NCBI GenBank assembly: GCA_047495785.1
Contig: JBLDXI010000042.1
Coordinates: forward strand, 124,001 to 188,000
From: Lepidodermella squamata
Lineage: Eukaryota; Animalia; Gastrotricha
Direction: 5' to 3'
DNA: 64,000 nucleotides
Shown: positions 34,698 to 46,645 of the stretch, piece by piece
How positions within the stretch are numbered: the stretch's first letter is position 1
Layout of the letters: every line of letters starts with the position of its first letter
Program-made: the position numbers and the translations under genes
Notes under the pieces: generated by a model
Told to the model about the DNA's origin: nothing
What the model saw: only the letters and a program-made list of their open reading frames with translations
Databases searched by the model: none

Positions 34698-37600
34698 ATG
34701 AACAATTTTATTTTAACAGTTCTATTGGTTTCGTTCGCGGTTATCGGCCATTCATCAGGTCAAGCTTTCAAGCGATGCTTCCAGGTGACCAACAACGCAT
34801 TCATATCTTGCCGCAATAATAACCCTACCTGTGATCCTATCACCGAATATCAGGTATTTTCAGAACTTTTTTGGCGATCAAATTGAAACTTGAAATTATA
34901 CATTATAATTCATTGAACTGATTGAAAACGTTATTTTACTTATTTTAATCAATTCAATGAATTTGCGTCCACAGTGGGGCCCTTTCTTCGCAGATTTGGC
35001 AACGTGTCGATCGGGGGTAAGATTCGTGAAATTCAGACGTCACCCCTGTAAATTTTACCCAATTCGAAACAAGAATGCAAAAATGTGCTACAAATACGGC
35101 GCCCTAACGACGCGGTGCAATCCCGGCCTCGGCAACTGCAAATTGACTGGCGAACCAGCTGCTGACAGAGAAATCGAGGTAAAATTCACTGCTCTATTTT
35201 TCATTTCATCCTAATTTAAATTGCAGCTTAATTGGTTCAGGAAGAACACATTGAAAGACAGTTTAACCGCTTGCAATAACGCGAGATCGAAATTCCCGGT
35301 AAATTTCTTCTATTTGTTTTAGTTATAATTTGTGATTTTAGAATCAAGCATTCAAACGATGCATGGACAGCGGAGTGGTGAAAACTTGTGTTCCGGCCAA
35401 CTACGCCTGTCCCGAAAACTGGGTCAGAAAAAATGATCGATCAAAACTTGGCAAAGCTTTGTTTTTCTAGCTCGCGTCAGATGGTACTCTTTACGCTAAT
35501 CTCAGCATCTGCATCTACGGAACTTCACGTGAGTGTTTGTATACCGTCACTTGTACCTAATGAATTTGCTCATCTTCATTGGTGAAGTTCAAGTTCCAGA
35601 CAGCGAGAAACCGCATGTCAGGTGTTTCAGCTCATCGAACAGGAGCTTTATCGATTGCCGCCCCGAGACAACTGGCTGCCAGGCTGTGGTGGAAACACGA
35701 GAATTTTCCTCGGCTACGTTCTCGAATAAGGCAAACTGCTTGAATGGGGTAATATGCAAATTTGGAAATAGCATTTTTCACCTTGCATTTCAACTATGTG
35801 CAAATAAAATTTCGTTTTTTTCTGCTCATCTACGAATATACTTGCTTCGTTTTCTTACTAATTTTTGCCGATTAAGTTTCCGATTATTTAGATATTGAAA
35901 TTGAAGCTCTTTAACAGCTATTTATCTTCGACTTTGATTGTTGATCATTCTTCCTTTCAATAGAGAGCTGTCCAGTGTGTCACAGGCACCGGCAAGCAGT
36001 GCTACGGCATTTTTCCAATAGGAACCCGCGTTAGATTGTTATCTGGACAATTAGAATATCTGAAACGATTTCAAGATTTCAGGTTAAAGTCTATGGCAAC
36101 TCAACGTCTTTCAAAGAAAACCATGATGCTTGTACGATGGAAAATACCACAGAAAATACGGTATTTCGCTCGACTTTTGATAAAAAGAGATGGTGACACG
36201 AGGTATTTGTTTCTAACAGCACAAGCTTTGCACATTTGCCCGTCTCATGGCAGCAAAATGCTTTCCAGTAGCAAATGCCTGCCCTCAAGGCTGGGTAAGC
36301 TCCCATGTCTGCGAAAACTGTTGCATCAGAATTTATTTTAATTCAGACATCAGCATCGACGTTCCCAACTGCTGAGCTGTGTGAGAAACGTGAGTTAGCC
36401 TATTTTTTGCAGTATAAGAATCGACTCAAATTTCGTGTCTAGAGACGCCGTTTGGACTGCCACTCGAAACAGTCTACTTGCCTCTTAGCGATGTCTACGG
36501 TACCAGCGACATCAGTGGAAACGGCATCAACGGAAACTATTCCGGCTCATCTTTGACATACGAGGTGTCTCCGTTTCGCGGCACGGGGCTCTCAATAAAT
36601 TCGGCAATTGGATCCGTGTACTTGAATAGCAGCTTGCTCAACGTCGAGAATTCGTCGTTCACAATTGCTGTATACGTCGTATTTCCGTCGGGTTCAAGTG
36701 GCCTGCAAAGAATTTTCGAGTTCTACGAAACAAGTGATCTTACTTACATTGATATTAACAGAGCGACAGACTTTCTTCGAGTGGGCATAAGTATGTGTTT
36801 AATTGTGCATAAAATCGCAATACTTTTTTTCTGCCCTTTTGATACCCGAATTAAAGTATTCTTAGATCTAAAGAATGATTTATTTGTTTGTGATAGATCA
36901 GAACTACGCCATTCCTCTTGCTGGCGCGCTGCCAAGCGTTGATCGTATGACTGCTTTTGTTGCTATTTCCTACAACTACAATACGCAGAAGTTGCTGATC
37001 GTCCATGATAACTATGTCTACGAAGAATCAGTTACTCAAAATACGAGACCGCTGGTTAGCTCAAAAATAAAACTCGGTGGCGATTTGGGCGGATACAGCA
37101 ACTTCCAAGGCCAGCTTTCATGTTTCTCGCTTCACAAACACGCATTGACCCTTGACCTTTTATGGATCCTTCGAAAGAAGTGCCTTCAAATTCAGGCTGG
37201 GATGATTGTGACGCCGGACGTGTTCTACTCCCTGCTGTCGGCGAGCTATGGCAATTGGCCTTTGGCTTCCGATCTGAATGACCGCAGCGAGCCTAGAGCT
37301 GATTTTACGACCCCAAGTACACCTCTCCCGCAAGTGACTGGCCCGTTTGGCCGGCCTAGCACAGCGTTTTATTTCAATTCAACCGATCCTATTGCTGTCC
37401 TAACTGCCGGGAAAATTAAGCTAAACGATGGTTTGACCATCACACTTCATGCTACTTCGGCCAAACAGAAGGGCACAATCCTGGAGTTTGCCCCCGATGC
37501 GTCGACGACGGGTTTCAGGCTTATGGCTGATGTCAATCAAACCTTCATTCTCAGGCCGTATGGCGATGGGTCGGCTGATTTGGCAGTTCGCTGCTCGGAA

Positions 37601-37927
37601 TCGAGTGGAATCGAATGGCATTATCTTAGGATTCGGCTTCACACTAGTGACGAACTTCTGAAATTCCAATGTAATTCAAGAGCTGTAGCCGAAGCTACCA
37701 TACGCCAGCCATTCACCAGATCCGGATTATTCCACTTGGCAGGGTTTGTATCTTCCTATTCATTCTCGCCCAATAAAATGCTTGTTGACAGATCCTGGGC
37801 CACTCCAATCGAGCCGTTGAGGGGAAGCATAGCTTGCCTTAGCAGCTTCGGTACGACCCTCCACTCCGATCAACAACGAATCGCAGAAATTCGTTGTGCT
37901 TCGTATGCGATTCCAGAGCTGCTGTAA
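34698..37927 (+). CDS. Secreted multi-exon protein L2: six novel Cys modules plus two LamG/ConA-like domains
   Basis: Signal peptide MNNFILTVLLVSFAVIGHSSG. About 13 exons, the N-terminal ones homologous to L1. C-terminal beta-rich repeats (DISGNG..G, SFTIAVYV, NFQGQLSCF; GNWPL..D, WHYL, LRGSIAC) resemble LamG-3/pentraxin-like folds. Confidence 0.78.
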
Positions 37928-38249
37928 AATTTATCCTTTCACTCATGCCTCGCAGCGACATGTCACCTCTAGGATCTGTTAAATTGAGCTGTTTATGATA
38001 ATGTGGATTATGAAGTTTATATTATGCTAGTCTTGATAATAAGCCCGTTTCTATATGCAATGTGTAACGCAGATGTTCGCACTTCGCCTGTGCGACTCCT
38101 ATTTGCAATAATTGTTTTCGTCATCTGCACACTATTTTGAGCGACACGTGTCCCCCTTAATTTAATGAGCAAACAACAAGCAACAAAAATAGGAAACAAT
38201 AAAACTTAACAATCGCCTAAAATTTCCGGCATTGGCCAGCTGACGTTGG

Positions 38250-39748
38250 CCAGCTGCTTGTTTAGACCAGGATGCGGTTTTGGTTCGTGGAGCCGTAATA
38301 CGGAAGCTTATAACTAATGAAAAAATATCTGTAATGACAGCAAAGAGAGCACGAAAGCCTCCCGATACGGCCCTTTCACTATTGCATCCTCCATTCGTTG
38401 TTGCATGGTCGACAGCAAATCGTGGCCAGGCGGTGGTTCGTAGCCCTCATTTCCGACGGCGTTTTTCCACGCGAGACAAACCGCAGGGATGGCGCAGCAT
38501 AGCATGTACGTGAATTGGCTGCAAATCGACCATTTTCGCACGCAGGTTCTCAGTTCTTCGACTGACCATGTAACTTGCGTCCCATGACCGCGACCACAAT
38601 TCATTATTATAATACTGAGAGTAACGAGAACAACTTTCAAGAAAAAGCAGCTTTTAACCCTCTAAGGCCGGGAGCGTGTATACTCAAACTACGACGTCTC
38701 ACCTTGAATTCTCATACTTCCGGATTTTTGCCGGCCAAATGGTTTGGCATACGTTTAGATGACCATCTAAATACCCCGATTCCGAAAACCGCAGACTCGC
38801 CGCGTTGATTACGTAACACAGGTGAGCGCGCAAATCACGGGCACTCATGCCTATTGTGTAAACTCAGGCAAATTTCGACCAAATGACACGGGGGTCACGC
38901 GGGCGGCCTGTTTTGTGTGCATCGATTTACTAACTGCGTGTTAGCTCAACTGGCCACTTGAGTTTACTCATGCACCTATGGTTATTTCGATATCTTTTTT
39001 TTCATTTATGGTCGATAAAATAATAATCAAAGACATGGTGCGCACCCAGGGTGTGGCAGATGTTGTGCAACACAACATTGCGTAACAGTGATGAGTATTG
39101 TATTGTTACTCAATAATAAATGCTCATTCACAATGCATACATTCGGACATATAAACCACGCAGGGAGAGCGTATAGAATCACACATCTTTAGCTTATAGT
39201 TTAAGTTTTATTTCGAATTTGGCAAGTCAACTAATTTTTGATCCCGTGGTTAGCGGTAGTTGGCCTACAGCGATCCGAAGCGCGCTCGCGAACAACTAGC
39301 AGCGATATCTACCTGTGCTGCTGTTTTGCCGCCGTTCGCCGACATTCCAGATGCCGCTGAATGCTGTTTAATCGCGATTTTTTCATCAAATTTATCAATT
39401 TTTTAAATTGTTGAATAAAATACATGTGATTTTTGCGCTCTCCCTGTGTTAACTCAAGTGCGAGTTTTTACAAATAATAAGTGTGAGTAAAGTCAAGTAG
39501 GTGCTTGTGTATAATCGGTATTGAGTGTCGTAAAAATCGCCAATCCAAAATATCACCCCCAAAACTGAGTTCACACAAGTTGCAGCTTAGTTAACTCAAA
39601 ATGAGTGGTTTTTCCCCAATGAGTATACTCAAATTGTCAAAACTCAAGACGCTGCCGGCCTTAGAGGGTTAACTGAGCTTACTTGAGCCATGCCATTATC
39701 GCCTTGGATTGTTTGCTGTCCCATAGCTGAGTGAACTCATTGAGTCCT
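38250..39748 (-). pseudogene. Dispanin-like membrane gene T1, degenerate copy of T3
   Basis: Start codon lost (AGG) and a stop in exon 1; exon 2 ends prematurely; piggyBac MITE in intron 1; homologous to 46067-46645. Confidence 0.7.
38658..39668. mobile_element. Non-autonomous piggyBac element (1011 bp)
   Basis: TIR CCCTCTAAGGCCGG(G/C)AGCGT, 19/20 match; TTAA TSD (38654-38657, 39669-39672). The empty site is visible in paralog T3 at ~46555-46565. Confidence 0.92.
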
Positions 39749-40129
39749 TCTATGTTCCCTTTCTCCTCTTCTTTTATCGTTCAGAAATCTGCAGAAGTGT
39801 GTGTTTCCGTAAAGCAGCAGAGATATCTCATCTCCGAGTTGGCGGATGGCAAATTTCATAGAGGAAGCTAATTACCTTCCATTCATCAAAATCGACGTTT
39901 TCAGGAAAAATAATTAAAATCAAATATACCACTGGGGCTGATAGCCAGAATTTCCACTTAGGCATTGTGAACTGAGGGGTACTTTACCCCCAAATTGGGA
40001 ACAGAAAATTACCGCAGCATGGCACTATCATCACTAAAACTCACTCCTAACTCTATTAAACAAGCGATTTATTTATATATGATGATTGTTTACAGATTTA
40101 TTTTGATGAACATTTTCATTTAAATTTTA

Positions 40130-42379
40130 CTACATATGGCGGCGAACAGCCATAAGAGCTTTGTATGAAAATAGTACAAAAAAACTGGTCAAACACGATA
40201 TATTCATACTTGCGACTGATGCGACGATTTGCTGCGTCACATGAAAATTAGTCGACGCTACAACCATGAAAGTCGCCCCGATGACTAAGGGCAAGTTGAC
40301 GAGCGACGCCGTGCGATAACGTTTGATTTCCGGGTCTTTGACTTTAGCAATGACTATGGACAAGAGTACAGCAGCGCCCGCAGGAATCAGGTCGACCGCC
40401 GCTAACGTCATCATGAATTTAAAGTCCTCAACTTCACTTGCCTCGCATATCTCAATATAGACATGGCGTAAGATGTCACGTTCAGCCGCATACTCATTAA
40501 TGACGTTCTTGATACGTGATTTCATTACATTGCTGATGAGCCACGAAGCTAATGATGACAGGCTAATGATTAGGACAAGGATTGGTGCAACATTAGCGAA
40601 CAGGAATTGCAACCTATTAGAACCTCTCTTCATCACCCTTTTCAATTCAGCTGGAAGCCTAAGTATTACTGCGTTGTTCTCATAAATGCAGGGCAAAAAT
40701 GTGACGCGTCGCCTTGAAGTTACGTAAATTGCCAACTTTCGATAAATAAGCAAATGGACGACGGTTGCTCCAATTGCGAGGAAAATATACTTCAAATTAC
40801 AAACCACTGCAGAACGAATATTCAGGGAGAACAAGATTGAAGATGCGTTGAGTAACATGCAAGCTAGGGTGAAAATGATCCTATCGATTTTCAACTTCGA
40901 GATCAAAGCCAGCAGTTGAGCGATGGTTGCTACGGCGCTAAGGACGCATGCGAAGATGAGAAAAGCATTCGGAACGTGCAGTGTCTCAATTTCCTCGCCT
41001 GGCGAATCAGCTGGGGGTTCTTTATTCACTGAATACCAGACGTAAGGTTCGAAACTGCGAATCGCGTAACTTGAGATATCGCTCACGTTTGTGTTACTCG
41101 GTGGTAGAGTTATTTCGTAGTTGATCCGCACCCGATTTTCCTCCGGTGTCCACTGGAAAATGTACTGAGGCTCCGAGTCCTGTTCAAGCCTGTGCGAGTA
41201 CTCGATGACGCCCTGGCGGAACCCTACGAAGCTAACAGAGGCAGCACTTTTATTCGCAGCGTCCATTACTATCTTCGGATTGTTGCCGTAATCTTTTAGA
41301 GACATATTTTTCATTTTAAGGATCTTCTCAGCTCCGTCTAGCGTTAGTATGGCTTGAAGGTACGCATCGTGGCAGAGGTAACGCCTGCTGTAGCCGGACA
41401 TGTTTCTAGCATCGGGAATAGCCTTGTCAAGCATTTCAGCAAACCGCACTGTGTCGTAGCCTAGACTGGTTTTCCCGGTATTTTCGACCCCAAAGCCTGT
41501 CCATATTGATCCGATTAAAACGGTTGATTGATACTGCTGCAAGACAATGGCTTTGGTACACCCCGGTGCGATAAAGTCGGGTCTTGTTCTTATATCCCCA
41601 TAACTGAGCCCTGGCAGGATGAAAACGTAACGAGATCCAGTCAAGCCGTAGCTGAAGCATTTGCATAAAAAGAGCAAGGAACTTGGGAAATCTGTAATTT
41701 CATAGATTATCACTCGTGCACCTGAACGTTTCAATCCGAGCAAAAAATCATCATTCAAGTCAAATGCTGCATCGAAATGCACAACTCGTATGCCATTTTT
41801 GACGGCCAAATCGTAAAAGTAAGACGCTACGTGAAAGTTGACAATCGTAGAACCAGCATTTGCTAGTATTGCAATCTTTTGCCACCCGCCGATCTTCTTG
41901 ATGAAGTTGAGCCCCGGCAGGGCCAGTGCCTCTCCGGATAAACGAGTGCGATAGAAATTGGGATACACTGCGCGGTTCGCAGTGAAAAGGGGCGATAAAC
42001 AAACGGGGGAAACGGCTACCAGATTTGTGTGGTGAAGAATTTGCGCCAGAGATTTGCATCCAGCAGTATAGCCTCCTGCAAAAACAACCGGCGACTTTGC
42101 GGAATTGATAGCTGGCGTTTTCCTGTAGAATTCTATCACTCGCCGGGTTAGCAGAAAACTTCCTGGCCCCTCGTCCTGATTAAAGGCGACCAACTCGTAG
42201 CCGGGCAATATGTCGTTCCGCTTGTTGACTATTTCGATCAGTAGATTTTGAACATGCGGGCAAATGTCCCCGGCAGTATCGATAACTTGAATTGGCGTGG
42301 TGCCAAAAAACATCTCCAATTTGGTAGTTTCGCCTCGAACTGAGTATACTAGGAATAATGTAAAAAATGTTGATTTCAT
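40130..42379 (-). CDS. Intronless class C GPCR-like protein (Venus flytrap + 7TM, GABA-B-like), ~749 aa
   Basis: Probable start MKSTFF at 42379 with a signal peptide. VFT motifs VNKRNDILPGYEL, YPNFYRT, GWQKIAIL, ARVII, GSRYVFIL; no cysteine-rich domain; seven hydrophobic segments; almost no C-tail. Confidence 0.85.
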   Translation of the reverse strand: MKSTFFTLFLVYSVRGETTKLEMFFGTTPIQVIDTAGDICPHVQNLLIEIVNKRNDILPGYELVAFNQDEGPGSFLLTRRVIEFYRKTPAINSAKSPVVFAGGYTAGCKSLAQILHHTNLVAVSPVCLSPLFTANRAVYPNFYRTRLSGEALALPGLNFIKKIGGWQKIAILANAGSTIVNFHVASYFYDLAVKNGIRVVHFDAAFDLNDDFLLGLKRSGARVIIYEITDFPSSLLFLCKCFSYGLTGSRYVFILPGLSYGDIRTRPDFIAPGCTKAIVLQQYQSTVLIGSIWTGFGVENTGKTSLGYDTVRFAEMLDKAIPDARNMSGYSRRYLCHDAYLQAILTLDGAEKILKMKNMSLKDYGNNPKIVMDAANKSAASVSFVGFRQGVIEYSHRLEQDSEPQYIFQWTPEENRVRINYEITLPPSNTNVSDISSYAIRSFEPYVWYSVNKEPPADSPGEEIETLHVPNAFLIFACVLSAVATIAQLLALISKLKIDRIIFTLACMLLNASSILFSLNIRSAVVCNLKYIFLAIGATVVHLLIYRKLAIYVTSRRRVTFLPCIYENNAVILRLPAELKRVMKRGSNRLQFLFANVAPILVLIISLSSLASWLISNVMKSRIKNVINEYAAERDILRHVYIEICEASEVEDFKFMMTLAAVDLIPAGAAVLLSIVIAKVKDPEIKRYRTASLVNLPLVIGATFMVVASTNFHVTQQIVASVASMNISCLTSFFVLFSYKALMAVRRHM

Positions 42380-43656
42380 TGTCGGAGTATCTAGATTGCT
42401 GAAAATCGCAAAATAAATGTCGATTGAATTGAGCACACGCTATGAACATTGGCATATACACGAACGAAAGAGGGCGTCGAGTAACTGCACACCGAGAAAC
42501 CTAATTACTTACCCCGATGCTTAGATTTGCAGTAAGATTATCTGTAGTACGAGCATGCAGCCAAAATGTCCATACATTTTTTGGGGGTTAATTAGGCGAT
42601 GAGCAAATTACAATTAGAAAACGTACACCATCACGTACTACGTGAGTATAGAATGGCAAATGTCCGAATAGATGACCTGAAAGAAATGACAGCGGCATAC
42701 CAACCGTTCTCCATATAATTAGTACAATTTGGTTTTGCTAAAGAATTGATATCTTCCATACACCCGGTGGGGAAAATGTAGACCCTGGCATACAGGGGGG
42801 TTTTGACCACATTTGAACCCTTTCATGGCAATAAGGACGATTTCGGAAATTCGACTTTGACAACGCACTAATATTGCATTTTGATGAATTGTTGATCGCC
42901 CTTTTGAGCAATATTACTTTTCGATGTTGGCTACAAGAATTTGAAACAATCAGACCGCTATCTCACACCGTTTTGAAAGTATGGCCATTTTAAAATTGGT
43001 AGCCGAGGAGTGAAATTTCGATTTTTATTAATTGAAATCAAGGTAACCCAATTTCACTATCCGGTCAAACAAAAAATACTACAGAGTTCGGCATTGTCTC
43101 ATTGACTTGTGTGTGAAAACTAAGGGCGCTGCCTAGATTTTGGTTAATGAAAAAATGAAAAATGACAGTAAACGGCGTTTTCAGGCGGTTTCCTGCAATT
43201 CCCACTGGAACTTTGCAGTATTCCGCAAACAACGTGCACTTGCTGCTCAGGGAATTAATATTTCATCGACGAATCTATGCTTTCAGAACCGAATCAGCAA
43301 TACCGGGGTTTAGCAGCGATAGTTTCGAATAGCGACTCGATATTGTCCATTGCTCATGCTCATGACATGCCGCTGGATGATGCCGTTCGATTGCTGAGAG
43401 CGGTCGACAAGCTGCATGCATTTTTTTCGAATTTCTTCACTTTCTTGGCAGTTAATTAACTGATTGGGTGCAGATTAGCAACCGTCTGAACCAAATTTCA
43501 ACATCAAACATCAAATCGTCAATATCGAGTAAATATCAGATACCAAATACCTAGTTTGAAAAACTACAATTTATTCAAACCAGTTTAACCCATCACAGCT
43601 GGGAAGTTATCGCCGGCATAATGTCTGAATGGAAATTGTTTTCGAGGCGTGTGATT

Positions 43657-44788
43657 TCAGGCAATCCAAATGGTGCCTGTAACTTTAGCTGAAGCTGGTA
43701 CCGTTGTGTTAAACATTTTAGCATTAACATTGTAGGCGCAACTCAGCCTTGAGATGTTCTTCGCATAATAGGCGCAATCGCAGTAAGAACGCGCGTTTTT
43801 CGAGTACAGCTGCGTTGAATCGATAGACGTACCTGTAGCTTCGACGTCGTAAAGCAGCCATCTGTGAACATATAAGATCATAAAACGATGTAAGCTTGTC
43901 GTTGGCCTCCTTCAAAACTCGGATTTAGGCTTGGATTTACGATTTAGGGCAGGTTTAGGATGAATGATTCTCTGTGAAAATATTATTTTCTTAGCCTTTA
44001 CATTCACACTTTCATCATTCACACCTCGAAGCCAAGCCAAATTCCGGTTTTTCATCGTGCCAAAACATACACGGTATCATCTTTTGAAGGCGGGAATTGC
44101 CTATTGGTATTGCCATAGCAGTAATTAGGTGTTGTTGTGGGTTCTGTGTTGGTATTTGTTTGACTTTCTTTGCTGAAGAGCAACACTGAGGTGATTATCG
44201 CAGAGGGACCGCCCGTTGCAAAGCCTATCGTGGCGATCAAACACAGCAAAAAGGCACACTGGTACGGCCCTTTGAGCTTAAGATCCATAGCTCGTTGCTG
44301 TGGAGTCCACATAAAGGCTGGACCAGGTGGCGAAACGTAATTCTCATCCTCGACCACGTCGTTTTTCTTCTTCCAAGCTAGACAAACAGCTGGAATCGCG
44401 AAGCATAGCAGGCCGGTGAACAGGGTACAAATCGACCACTTTTGCACGCAATTCTTTATTTTTCCAACAGGCCAGGTCGCTAGAAACGGCTGAGCAACTC
44501 GCCCACGCCCAGTATTCACTACAACGATGCTGAAAAATAGCAAGATTTTCATTGGCCCTGTAAATTAGGAATTTACTTCTGGACAGGGGCCATTCCCATG
44601 TTGTTGTATTGGGGCTGAATGTAGATCGGCTGCTGCATCGGATACATATTGCCTTGCTGATACATGCCAGGATTATACCCCAGATTATTTGGTTGCTGAT
44701 AGTTTGGTGGGAAGTCATATTGAGGAACGCCTGGGTTCTGTGACTTCTGAGCTGGGTCGTAATACGGCGATGGCGCAGCTCCGTTCAT
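43657..44788 (-). CDS. Dispanin/CD225-like membrane protein T2 with ectodomain, 3 exons (44577-44788, 44071-44529, 43657-43909), ~307 aa
   Basis: P/Q/Y-rich N-terminus, Cys-containing hydrophobic segment WSICTLFTGLLCFAIPAVCLAW, second TM, Thr-rich stalk and Cys-containing C-terminal domain. Paralogous to T1 and T3. The family assignment is an inference. Confidence 0.68.
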
Positions 44789-45192
44789 CGTTTCTAGCAA
44801 AATGAAGTTAAAACAGTTTATCGGACAATGCACATTATCGGATGCGTTGGCGTTTTCATCGGTTTATCAATTATTCATCGATGAACGAGGGGGGGGGGGC
44901 TTGCTTGATGCGCAACGCTTAGGAACAATCGATGAGCCCATTTTGAGATTGCGCATCATAAAATCATGAATGCGTTTCACTATTATCTAGAGGAGAAAAA
45001 TTTTCTGTTCTGCCCTTACACACCTTGTGCCCATCTTGCGTTCTTTGCTGGGTCTAGAATATCGACGGGTTGAACGTTTTTGTTCATTCAGTTTTTGTTG
45101 TTCAGGGAAACTTGTTCATTATAGATAATCTAACATGCAACAAAAATGGTTTTTACTAAATGTTTTGAATTTTAACTAGATATAACCGGATC

Positions 45193-45551
45193 CAGAGTTG
45201 TCCCCGGGTCAGATCTAAGCCGGGTCGGATTCGCGTCCGCCCCGTGGACCCGACACTGGGTAGCTGTAACCTAGACTTAGCTAGAAACTCACCACACCGT
45301 AAAATTTAGTGTGTTCAATGTCACTTATTAACGGGAAAACGGGGATTAACGTAGCAAAACACATTTTAGCGAAGTTTCGGTTAGCGTAACCTAGAAAATT
45401 ACCCTTTCGTATTACCTAGAAAATTACCTAGAAAAAACCTCGGAAAATGCGGCCAGTTTAGACCCCGGTTCGGGTCGGATCGGATCCGGGTTTAGGATTC
45501 CCAAGTCCGGTTCGGGTCGGGTCAAAAATTGTGGACCCGAGGACAACTCTG
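45193..45551. mobile_element. hAT-type MITE (359 bp)
   Basis: TIR CAGAGTTGTCC(C/T)CGGGTC, 17/18 match; 8-bp TSD ACCGGATC (45185-45192, 45552-45559); subterminal CGGGTC repeats. Confidence 0.9.
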
Positions 45552-45810
45552 ACCGGATCAAACCAGGATTGAAAGATCTGCCTTAGTGTGGTCCAAGCCA
45601 AAACATTTTGGAATCAGCAGCCAAACCACAAAAAGGTCGCCAGAGTCCGCGTATCTTTTTAGTTTAGTTTTGCTGTGTTAGTCTCGAAAAAAGTCCGCAT
45701 TTGGACCACATCGGAGTTTCTAAACATGTCTACACATTCAAAGTTATTAGCATGGCTATTTTAGAGTGAAGATATTAGAAATATTGTTTGAATCAAGCAA
45801 TCCCTTGCTG

Positions 45811-46645
45811 TTAATCGAACCAAAAAACGTCTTTATATTCAGCTGAAGCTGGCAATTTCGTACCGAAGATTAAAGCATTGACATTGTAAGCGCAATTCAG
45901 CGTTGAGATGCTCCGCGAATAGTAAGCGCATTCGCAGTATCTACGCGCGTATTCCGAGTAGAGTTTCGTGGGATCGACCGACGCATTTCTTGCTTCGACG
46001 TCTCCCAGCAGCCTCCTGGAAATATACTTGATCATCCAGCTAATTCAGAGAGATGAAACAACATACTCTTTTTCGCTAGTCCAAGGTGGGTATCGCCTGT
46101 TGAATAAGCCATAGCAGTGATTTGGTGTTGTAGTTGGCGCCGTTGGTGTAGTAACATGGTCGATAATCCCAAATCGCAAATAAACTATAGGTGTCGTCAC
46201 CCCGGGAACGACGATCATGAAAAAGCCCAGCAATGACAGCAAACAGAACACGAAAGCCGCCCGATACGGTCCTTTCACTTTTTCATCCTCCATTCGTTGT
46301 TGCGGGGTCCATAGCAGCTGGTGGCTTGGCGGCGGTTCGTAGCCCTCATTTTCGACAGCGTTTTTCCGCTTCCAAGCGAGACGAACCGCTGGGATGGCGC
46401 AGCATAGCATGCACGTGAAGAGGCTGCAAATCGACCATTTTCGCACGCACGTTCTCAGCTTTTCGACTGACCATCTAACTTGCGCCAAATGGTTGCGACC
46501 ATAATCCATTATGATAATTCTAAAAAAACGAGAATAAAGTTCGAGAAAATGTAGCTTTCAACTGAGCTCACGTTTGAGGTTGAGCATTTCCATTAGCGCC
46601 TTGGGTTGTTTGCTGGCCCATAGCTGGGTGAGCCGCTTGAGACAT
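45811..46645 (-). CDS. Dispanin/CD225-like membrane protein T3, 3 exons (46572-46645, 46067-46519, 45811-46039), ~251 aa
   Basis: Paralog of T2 with the same intron phases; the model requires a 27-nt second intron. Confidence 0.62.
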
